Source of the DNA: an uncultured Planctomycetia bacterium
Lineage (GTDB): Bacteria > Omnitrophota > Gorgyraeia > Duberdicusellales > Duberdicusellaceae
NCBI GenBank assembly: GCA_964634935.1
Contig: CAZWJT010000002.1
Span: 202,643 to 266,642, forward strand
Reading direction: 5' to 3'
Length of the DNA: 64,000 nt
How positions within the stretch are numbered: position 1 is the stretch's first letter; every line of letters begins with the position of its first letter. The notes under the pieces are model-generated. The model saw only the letters and a list, made by a program, of their open reading frames with translations, had not been told where the DNA came from and ran no database searches. This document shows, in pieces, positions 46,943 through 54,926 of the stretch. The translations under genes and the position numbers were made by a program.

Positions 46943-48205
46943 ATGATTGATTTGGCAATAATAGGAGCGGGACCTGCCGGATACGCAGCCGCCCAGGAAG
47001 CTGCACGATGCGGATTAAAGGCAATTATTTTTGAAAAACAGCAACTCGGAGGAACATGCCTCAATCGCGGATGCGTTCCCACCAAGTTTTATTTGAATGC
47101 ATTGCTTCAGCAAAAAAAGAATTCTCTCTATAACCAACAGCCTTCTGCTATAGGTGCTTCTTATCTTTTTGAAAAAAAAGCACAGCTCGTAGAAAATCTC
47201 CGTAAAAGCATCTACGCACATCTGCAAAGCTTGCATATTCCGGTTCAATTCGAAGAAGCGATAATTACGGCCCCAGGAACAATTCAAACAAGAACAAGTT
47301 CATTCGAGTCAAAAAATATTTTAATCGCTACTGGTTCGAAACCACGCACGCTTCCCATGCTACCCCCAGAAAAAATGTTGTTTGCCGATGATTTCCTTGA
47401 ACACCCTTCGGATTTCAGCAACATTTTGATCGTTGGTGCGGGTGCCATTGGCATCGAAATGGCTTTTTTATTCCGTGCGCTTGGTAAAGCTGTGACTCTC
47501 ATTGAAAAAGAAAAAACGATCCTTTCATTTATGGATTCCGAAATCCAGCGGCGGGCTCTTGGCTACCTCAAGAAAGAAGAAATTGAAGTTTTTACCGGCA
47601 AAACAGTTGAAACCTTTGATACGAATAAATTTGAAAAAATAATGGTCTCGATCGGTAGAAGTCCTTCAATTGAGAACTGCTTTTCCCAATCACTGCCGAT
47701 CGCGCTTCTGCCCAATGGAAGCATAAAAACTGACCAAGATTTTCGAACAAGCATTGACACTATTTATGCTTGTGGTGACGTACGAGGAGCGCCTTTATAT
47801 GCGTATACCGCTGACTACCAAGGAAAATTTGTCGCGCAGCTACTCGCGAAGAAAAATCCAGCACAGTATGGCATTTTCCCTGAATGTGTTTTTGGTTTTC
47901 CGCAAATAGCAAAAGTTGGCGCGACTGAAGACGAACTTAAGGCTCGCAATATCGCGTATAACACACGGAAAGGATCTTTCCGTGCTTCTTCCGCAGCCCA
48001 TCTCTATGGCGATACTGAAGGTTTTGTAAAAATACTCTGCGATGCAAGTGGTCTTATTTTAGGAGCACATATAATTTCGCAGCTTGCTTCCGAATTAATT
48101 TCAGTATTTTCTGTTGCAATGAACCATCAAATCCAATTTGATCAGTTACGGAAAAATCCGCTTATTCATCCTACTCTTTCTGAATCACTCTTCCTTGTCT
48201 CCTAG
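46943..48205 (+). CDS. dihydrolipoyl dehydrogenase-like flavoprotein disulfide reductase (short, 420 aa)
   Basis: Redox-active GGTCLNRGCVPTK and the C-terminal HPTLSE motif typical of the Lpd interface domain. Confidence 0.65.
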   Translation: MIDLAIIGAGPAGYAAAQEAARCGLKAIIFEKQQLGGTCLNRGCVPTKFYLNALLQQKKNSLYNQQPSAIGASYLFEKKAQLVENLRKSIYAHLQSLHIPVQFEEAIITAPGTIQTRTSSFESKNILIATGSKPRTLPMLPPEKMLFADDFLEHPSDFSNILIVGAGAIGIEMAFLFRALGKAVTLIEKEKTILSFMDSEIQRRALGYLKKEEIEVFTGKTVETFDTNKFEKIMVSIGRSPSIENCFSQSLPIALLPNGSIKTDQDFRTSIDTIYACGDVRGAPLYAYTADYQGKFVAQLLAKKNPAQYGIFPECVFGFPQIAKVGATEDELKARNIAYNTRKGSFRASSAAHLYGDTEGFVKILCDASGLILGAHIISQLASELISVFSVAMNHQIQFDQLRKNPLIHPTLSESLFLVS

Positions 48206-48233
48206 CGATATGCGCAAAATTGAGAATCCGTTC

Positions 48234-48261
48234 TTGACAGTGTCGAACTATCGTGTAGGAT
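48234..48261 (+). promoter_or_regulatory. possible promoter for the lipoyl-domain gene
   Basis: -35 TTGACA, 16-nt spacer, -10 TAGGAT (4/6). Confidence 0.2.
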
Positions 48262-48301
48262 AGAATACAAATACTGGGAAACAGCAAAGAATAAAAAATC
48301 C

Positions 48302-48547
48302 ATGGAAATTAATCTTTCTTTGTTGGGGAAAGAGATAGAAAAAGCCACAGTTACATTCTGGTTCGTTCGCGAATCAGAGGCAGTTAAAAAAGGACAAGAG
48401 CTGGTTGAAGTAACTACTGATAAATCTGTTTTTAGTATCTCGGCGCCTGTCGATGCTACTGTTACTTCCATTCTTGCTCCAGAAGGAACAGAAATAGGAC
48501 AAACAACCCCACTTTGCATTCTCGATACCACAAGATCATTCGCATAA
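48302..48547 (+). CDS. stand-alone lipoyl-attachment domain protein (81 aa)
   Basis: EVTTDKSVFSISAPVDATV is an E2-type lipoyl-lysine context (TDK). There is no catalytic domain. Confidence 0.55.
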   Translation: MEINLSLLGKEIEKATVTFWFVRESEAVKKGQELVEVTTDKSVFSISAPVDATVTSILAPEGTEIGQTTPLCILDTTRSFA

Positions 48548-48583
48548 CGAACGAGGAATTTCAGAAAGACTCAACACCCTCTT

Positions 48584-50434
48584 ATGACCAATTTAAGACG
48601 ATACGCATCTTTTTTGGTGCTAAGCGTAATATTCCTATATCTATCTTTCCTCAGCTGGAATAGGCTTGGCTGTCTGATTATCGATACTTTTCGCGATCAA
48701 TGGGCATTCCGAGCGATTGCACACGGCGGTGTTTTATATAAAACATTTTCTTATACGTATGGTTTTCTGCCGGCGTATTTTATCGGAATTATATATAAAC
48801 TATGCGGCATAACCTTAACCTATACAGCGCTCATTGGAACCGGCATTGCCGCCCTTTCTGGCTATTTTCTCTATCGCATAGCCAGGATTTTCCTAGATCG
48901 AATCTTTTCGGCGCTTTTAGTCGCAAACTTTTTTCTTGTTTTTGCCTTTGCCTCATATTCGCAATGCGCGATTTTTAATTTTATCCTCCCATACAGCGTC
49001 GCCTCGACATTCTTTATCTTCTTTTCTCTTGCAACGATTTACTATTTCGCCCAATGGCTCATGCAAAACCGTACATCCTGTTTTTATTACGCCTATTGCG
49101 CTCTTATCTGCGCATTTCTCTGTAGATTTGAGCTGAGCCTGCTCTTGTGGTTTAGCCTAGTATTCACAATAGTCGTGGTTGAAAAGAAGAATAAAAAAAA
49201 CATACTCCTTGCTGCCCTGATTCCGCTTTTCGGCATTGCCGTATATCTCATAGTGACCACCGCCACAAAAACATCTAAAGAATTTTATCAATCGGTGATC
49301 CAATTTATTTTTTTTGTATTACAAGGAAAAAATCAACAGGAATTTTACATCGCAGGCTTGGATAATTCATTGAAGAATACCTTGGGTATTTTTTTCTCAT
49401 TCTTTATGCATATCGTGTTCTTCGGGTTATTTTACGCTATCAGCAACGTAGCTGATTTTACTGTTTTTCATGTCTCAAAAAAAAACCAGAAAATACCCCT
49501 GGTCCGCCTAAAACATACCGCCACCTTGATCGTCTCCCTTTTGGCTATACTGCTTACCTGGGTCTTCCTAAAATACTTTTTAAGCTATGGAAATCAATAT
49601 AAACTCATGCCTTTGCTGCTTATTTTACTAGTTTGCGTATCTGTTTTTACCGTACTCTACGAGAAAAATGGCCGATCGAAACTTTCCCAGCTCACTATCT
49701 TTCTGGGTATATTCTGTTTTTTGATGCTCTTGCGCATCTTCCTTATTGCCACTCCATACCATTATGGGTTCTATCTTTTAGTTCCATCTCTTTTATGCTA
49801 TTATGTGTTCTGGATAAAAACCTATCCGTTGCTCTTGGACGTAATTACTGAAAACAAAGAAAAACATACTCCATATTATCCAATAGCAGTTTTTATTTTT
49901 TTCGGTCTCTTTTCGCTGTCATTTTTTCAAGAATCTTACGCCACGTATCAAAGTAAGACGGCACAAACAGCCACCCCGCACGGAACGATGCGCCTGCGCA
50001 ACGATCTGGTGAATCATTATATTCTTGAAACAGTCTCATTCCTAAAGAATCAGACTCCAGAATCCGCAACACTCTGTGTTTTCCCTGAAGGACTCGGTTT
50101 TAACTTTCTGGCTAACCGTGAATATCCCTACCCATATGAATCGTTTCTCCCCCCGATTATCAGAAAAAATGGAGAAGAGGTTGTACGAAAACATCTGGAG
50201 AAAAACCCGGCGGATTATCTCGTCCTGGTGGCGCGGAATACCCCTGAACACGGCGCATCATTTTTCGGCCATGATTACGCACGCTCAATTTACGCCTGGA
50301 TACAAGCAAACTATACGTTAATCCAGCTTTTTGGTGCGTACCCATTCAGCTCTGGTGATTTCGGCATAGCGATATTCAAAAAGAATGATATAATACCCGA
50401 AACCATAAAAATCAGGAGGCTATATGGCACTTGA
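48584..50434 (+). CDS. polytopic membrane protein, candidate GT-C-fold glycosyltransferase (family 39/83-like), with a C-terminal periplasmic domain
   Basis: 616 aa with at least 12 predicted TM helices. An early-loop acidic motif (IIDTFRD) and a soluble C-terminal ~170 aa. No close family was recognised by eye. Confidence 0.4.
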   Translation: MTNLRRYASFLVLSVIFLYLSFLSWNRLGCLIIDTFRDQWAFRAIAHGGVLYKTFSYTYGFLPAYFIGIIYKLCGITLTYTALIGTGIAALSGYFLYRIARIFLDRIFSALLVANFFLVFAFASYSQCAIFNFILPYSVASTFFIFFSLATIYYFAQWLMQNRTSCFYYAYCALICAFLCRFELSLLLWFSLVFTIVVVEKKNKKNILLAALIPLFGIAVYLIVTTATKTSKEFYQSVIQFIFFVLQGKNQQEFYIAGLDNSLKNTLGIFFSFFMHIVFFGLFYAISNVADFTVFHVSKKNQKIPLVRLKHTATLIVSLLAILLTWVFLKYFLSYGNQYKLMPLLLILLVCVSVFTVLYEKNGRSKLSQLTIFLGIFCFLMLLRIFLIATPYHYGFYLLVPSLLCYYVFWIKTYPLLLDVITENKEKHTPYYPIAVFIFFGLFSLSFFQESYATYQSKTAQTATPHGTMRLRNDLVNHYILETVSFLKNQTPESATLCVFPEGLGFNFLANREYPYPYESFLPPIIRKNGEEVVRKHLEKNPADYLVLVARNTPEHGASFFGHDYARSIYAWIQANYTLIQLFGAYPFSSGDFGIAIFKKNDIIPETIKIRRLYGT

Positions 50435-50870
50435 AGAAAGAATTTATAAAGATTATTTGGAAGCATTAAAAAACCGCAAACATCATGCCAAAGAATTCCT
50501 TGGTTTTTTGTGGGCTGAAATAAAAAACAGGAAACTTGCCTTAAATGTCCAAACTCTTGAAGATGGAGAAACCATCTCGCTCTTACGAAAACAACAAAAG
50601 AAGCTTGAAGAAGCCTTATCGATGATAGCTCAATCTTCAAATGAAACAGAAAAAGAGAAACTAAAGATTGAAATTGACTTGGTTCAAACGTATCTTCCAC
50701 AACTTCTATCACGGGCAGAGTTGAGTTCTCTCGTAGACCACGCGATTCGCGAAACACAGGCTACCTCTCAAAAAGATATGGGGAAAATTATGAAAATCCT
50801 ACTCGCCCAGCAAAAAGAGCGTGTTGATGCGAAAATCGCTAGTGAATTAATTCGCGAAAAACTTACCTAG
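50424..50870 (+). CDS. GatB/YqeY-domain protein
   Basis: 148 aa with a YqeY-like helical sequence. Confidence 0.6.
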   Translation: MALEERIYKDYLEALKNRKHHAKEFLGFLWAEIKNRKLALNVQTLEDGETISLLRKQQKKLEEALSMIAQSSNETEKEKLKIEIDLVQTYLPQLLSRAELSSLVDHAIRETQATSQKDMGKIMKILLAQQKERVDAKIASELIREKLT

Positions 50871-50884
50871 CCACCCTGCAAAAT

Positions 50885-52897
50885 ATGCGGAACTTACTGT
50901 GGCTTGCAACAGTTATTTTTCTTACTTTTACCCATGGAGTTTTCGCTGAAGAACCATTACTCCAAAAAGCTCTCTATGCATACTATTCTGGTGATACTGA
51001 AAAAGCGGCTTCACTCTATCAGGTGCTCATTCAGAAAAAACCACTTGATTCACTCTTACACCTGGATCTAGCGGAACTATATCGGGAAAACAACCAGATT
51101 GAACGGGCAATCGAACTCCTAGAAAATCTTGCCCGGAAAAATCAGAGTCCCGAATTAAAAAAAAGGTTGAGTCGTTTATATCTCTTCAACGGAAACCCCA
51201 GAAAAGCGCTGGAAACTCTGGAAAAAATTCACGATACAAAACCAGCTGATACACAAATCCTCACTCTTTGCGCTCTCGCCTATGAATCCTTGGGTGATCT
51301 AAAACAAAGTATCACATTCTACAAAAAAATCTTAACCTATGCCCCTCAAGAACCTTTTGCGCTCTTGCGGTTATCTGAACTTTATTTGCAAACAAAAGAT
51401 TTCGAGAATGCCGAAAAAACCTTAAATCGCCTTAAGGCAATCGATCGAACCATCCCTTTTATCAATAAGAATCTTGGCTATGCCTTCTATCGACTTCGAA
51501 AATATAATCTTTCCTATGAAGAATTTGCAAAAGCAGCCGGGATGTATCCAGAAAATCAAGAGATTAAAACATACCTTATTGAAATCAAAAAAATTATCGG
51601 CGAAGACTTTCTCAAAGCAAAAAAAACAATATTCGGTAAGCAAAAACAGAAACTTCCTCCCCTGGTGAATTTTTTGCCGGAATGGAGGAGTGACCCCCAG
51701 GTGAAAGTGCGTATTGCATCTGATATTCGAAAACTCGAATTCAAATGTCGCGGTGAATTTTTTATCGCCTCGAATGATGCGAAAATTATCTTTCAGGGAA
51801 AAAGCGACACCGTGTATACCCTCGTCTATGCTGCCAATACCTTGACTCTTCTGGAAGGGAACAGAATCATACGAAAAATTCAGCTTCCTTGTGCAATCAA
51901 AACAAAATTACCAAATCAAACACTGGGAATTTTTGACATCACTCTCAACAAAGGTAGTTTTCTGTATAAAAACGTTAATGCCATATTCCGAGGAAGCTTT
52001 ATGCTCCACCGCAGTACATCCGGTTTCATGCTCATCAACTTGGTGAGCCTTGAAGAATACCTTTATGGAGTACTCGCTGCGGAAATGCCTCCATCCTGGC
52101 CCGAAGAAGCGTTAAAGGCACAAGCGGTTGTCGCCCGAACCTTTGCCATGCGTCACATCATCCGAAGCAAGAAAAAACCCTTTAATCTCGAGGCAACAAT
52201 CGCCTCACAAGTATACAGTGGAGTAGGCGTGGAAAAAAACGCAACAAATCAAGCCGTAGACGCGACCCGCGGTCAAATTATTACCTATAACCGCCAGCCC
52301 ATTGAAGCTCTCTATCATAGTAATTGCGGCGGACATACCCGCGATAATATTTTCCCTACGCTCTGTCCATATTTAACGGGGGTTTCGGACTTAAAGGATA
52401 CCTCGTTTATTTTTCCATTGAGGCCATTCCATCTTATGCAGTGGTTCCAGGAATCTCCGCAGGCATTCTGCCAAAAAAATGATACCGCAGATTCAACTTT
52501 CCGCTGGGTACGCACCTATACCCCACAAACTCTAGCTGCCGTAGCAAATGTCGTAAGCAAACACAAAATGCCAACAATAACAAGCTTAAGGATCATAACA
52601 CGCGATAAATCAGGACACGTTACCGCTCTTGAAATAACAGCAGGAAAAGAAAGAATAATCCTTGATAGCGAGATGGACATTCGAAAATTTTTTGGTGACT
52701 TGCGCAGCAGCGCTTTCTCAATCGAAACGATTTTCTTAAAGAAACAACCAGTGCTTTTCATCCTCAGGGGAAGCGGTTTTGGCCATGGTGTCGGCATGTG
52801 CCAGCATGGAGCAAAAAAAAGGGCTGAAGACGGACATAGTTTTCAAGAAATCATCGCGCGGTATTTTCCGGGAACAAAGATAGAAAGCATAGAATAA
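50885..52897 (+). CDS. secreted TPR-repeat protein fused to a SpoIID/LytB domain
   Basis: Signal peptide, about 6 TPRs, then a C-terminal SpoIID/LytB region (AQAVVARTFA, YHSNCGGHT). Confidence 0.7.
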   Translation: MRNLLWLATVIFLTFTHGVFAEEPLLQKALYAYYSGDTEKAASLYQVLIQKKPLDSLLHLDLAELYRENNQIERAIELLENLARKNQSPELKKRLSRLYLFNGNPRKALETLEKIHDTKPADTQILTLCALAYESLGDLKQSITFYKKILTYAPQEPFALLRLSELYLQTKDFENAEKTLNRLKAIDRTIPFINKNLGYAFYRLRKYNLSYEEFAKAAGMYPENQEIKTYLIEIKKIIGEDFLKAKKTIFGKQKQKLPPLVNFLPEWRSDPQVKVRIASDIRKLEFKCRGEFFIASNDAKIIFQGKSDTVYTLVYAANTLTLLEGNRIIRKIQLPCAIKTKLPNQTLGIFDITLNKGSFLYKNVNAIFRGSFMLHRSTSGFMLINLVSLEEYLYGVLAAEMPPSWPEEALKAQAVVARTFAMRHIIRSKKKPFNLEATIASQVYSGVGVEKNATNQAVDATRGQIITYNRQPIEALYHSNCGGHTRDNIFPTLCPYLTGVSDLKDTSFIFPLRPFHLMQWFQESPQAFCQKNDTADSTFRWVRTYTPQTLAAVANVVSKHKMPTITSLRIITRDKSGHVTALEITAGKERIILDSEMDIRKFFGDLRSSAFSIETIFLKKQPVLFILRGSGFGHGVGMCQHGAKKRAEDGHSFQEIIARYFPGTKIESIE

Positions 52898-52944
52898 CCA
52901 TGAAAAATGTCTTGAAAATATGTTTTATTTATCCATAATAAACA

Positions 52945-53694
52945 TTGAAAAATAGTAATGATTCCATGGATAGAAACGCCATAACCTATGCCGTTACCTT
53001 AAAAACAAAAGTCATGGACCTTTCGTCGCTTATTTCCCATGAACTCAAGAATCCATTGGCAATCATTAAAGAAAGTATCGCCTTGATTGAAAATACCCAA
53101 CTTGGGCCAATTACTGCTCAACAACAAGAAGTTATGGGGATCTGCTTGCGAAACGTCGACAGGCTGATATATCTGATTAACGATATGCGCGATTTTTCTC
53201 GATTACGCAAACAAATATTCAAATTTTCTCCCAGCCGCATCAACCTCCATGAACTCATTGAAGAAATTGTCAACAAAAGAAAAACGTCTACTGCCATAAC
53301 GCAGTATAATTTTCAAAATGCATCACCAGGCCAAGGAAGCCTGTGCCGATGCGATATCGAACAAACAGCCAGAGCGATTGACAATATTCTGAATCATCTC
53401 ATAGCAGCATCTCAAGACAAACAGATCAACATAACCGTTCAGCATCAAAAAAAAATACTCAAGATTTCTTGTTCGGCAAAAACACCTCAACTCAAAAAAA
53501 ATGACTTACAGCGCATTTTCTACCCCTTCGAACAAGCGATCACCTTCGGACGAAAATCATCCTATGAAACCGGACTTGAACTTATCATTGCGTATGAAAT
53601 TATCCGACAGCAAAAAGGTTCGATAAAAATCAATTATCGAAATTCCGAAAACGTACTTGAATTTCTTATCTCATTTCCTTGCCTAGCCCGATAG
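52945..53694 (+). CDS. cytoplasmic histidine-kinase-like protein (HisKA H-box; degenerate ATP-binding G-boxes)
   Basis: H-box SHELKNPLAII and an N-box-like IDNILNHLIAAS. No DxGxG G1 box. The G2 box reads GLEL instead of GLGL. Confidence 0.55.
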   Translation: MKNSNDSMDRNAITYAVTLKTKVMDLSSLISHELKNPLAIIKESIALIENTQLGPITAQQQEVMGICLRNVDRLIYLINDMRDFSRLRKQIFKFSPSRINLHELIEEIVNKRKTSTAITQYNFQNASPGQGSLCRCDIEQTARAIDNILNHLIAASQDKQINITVQHQKKILKISCSAKTPQLKKNDLQRIFYPFEQAITFGRKSSYETGLELIIAYEIIRQQKGSIKINYRNSENVLEFLISFPCLAR

Positions 53695-53696
53695 CA

Positions 53697-54893
53697 ATGG
53701 AAAAAATTAGAAAAATTCTCATTATCTGCAATGATAAAAACCTAAGCGATATCATCACCTTTTGCCTGGATGGGTGGGGATATGAAGTAGTCATCTTTGA
53801 AGGAACAGTCCTCGATGTCAATGCTATCAAAAAACACGAACCCGACCTCATCATGATTGATTTTCACCTTGAACACAACGAGGGGCTTTTGCTCTGTAAA
53901 ACACTCAAGGCTGATTTTTTTACTGCCGCAATACCAATTATCACCTTAATTAATAAACGGCATCTCCGTTCACAGCTTCTGTCGCTCAGACAGGGGATTG
54001 ATGATTATTTAATCAAACCTCCTGATCCGCTTGACTTGCGCGTACGCATCGAGATGGCCTTACGCCGCACCCAATACAGTTTCTATACGAATGCGTTGAC
54101 CAAACTCGCCGGGGGACGAACAATCGAAGAGCTTTTGAAAGAAAAACTCCTCAAGCGTGAAGGCTTTTCTTTCGCCCATATCGATATCGATAATTTTAAA
54201 TATTTCAATGACTGTTATGGATATTTGAAGGGAGATGCGGTAATTATCCAGACTGCTTATATTCTCTATGATGCGCTGAAAAAGCAAGGAGGGCGCAGCG
54301 ATTTTATCGGGCATATTGGAGGAGATGATTTTGTTTTCATGAGCACTCCTGAGCATGAACGCGAAATTGCCTTGCGATTGATCAACGAATTCGACCGTCT
54401 CATCCCTCTACACTACACTCCAGAAGATAGAACAAAAGGATTTATTTTTACTACTGACCGGAGCGGCATTAAGCGAAAAATACCCTTGATGAGCCTATCA
54501 GTCGCCATCGTAAACAGCCAGGAAGGATACTTTAAGAATATCGTTGAAATTAACGAGGCGATTGCCGGAATTAAGTATTACCTCAAAAAATTAAACGGAA
54601 GTAAATTCATGGTGGAGCGACGTAAGCTGAAAGCGCATTCAGCTCACGCAAAGGCGACTCACGATGCGATTGTTTTTTCACACGCAACCACTCAAATCAA
54701 CCTCGTACGCCCCCTGGGCCAGTTGCTTCTTGAAAAAAGATTGATTACTCAAGAAAAACTCGATGAATGCCTGATAAAACACTGGAGAACAGGCATACCC
54801 ATCGGTGAAATCCTCCTTGACTACGGAGTCATAAATTCTGAGACGCTCGCGCCGATTCTCCAGGAACAAGCTTCTTCTCAAAATGCCTATTGA
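53697..54893 (+). CDS. response regulator: REC - GGDEF (variant GGDDF) - MshEN-type c-di-GMP-binding domain
   Basis: REC region with phospho-acceptor IMIDF and DDYLIKP. GGDEF region DIDNFKYFNDCYGYLKGD ... HIGGDDF. The C-terminus carries two 24-aa motifs separated by 5 aa (PLGQLLLEKRLITQEKLDECLIKH, then WRTGI, then PIGEILLDYGVINSETLAPILQEQ), matching the MshEN RLGxxLLxxGLIxxxxLxxxLxxQ pattern. Confidence 0.65.
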   Translation: MEKIRKILIICNDKNLSDIITFCLDGWGYEVVIFEGTVLDVNAIKKHEPDLIMIDFHLEHNEGLLLCKTLKADFFTAAIPIITLINKRHLRSQLLSLRQGIDDYLIKPPDPLDLRVRIEMALRRTQYSFYTNALTKLAGGRTIEELLKEKLLKREGFSFAHIDIDNFKYFNDCYGYLKGDAVIIQTAYILYDALKKQGGRSDFIGHIGGDDFVFMSTPEHEREIALRLINEFDRLIPLHYTPEDRTKGFIFTTDRSGIKRKIPLMSLSVAIVNSQEGYFKNIVEINEAIAGIKYYLKKLNGSKFMVERRKLKAHSAHAKATHDAIVFSHATTQINLVRPLGQLLLEKRLITQEKLDECLIKHWRTGIPIGEILLDYGVINSETLAPILQEQASSQNAY

Positions 54894-54926
54894 TTCTGTT
54901 GCCGAATGCATAAAAACCCTACGTAA

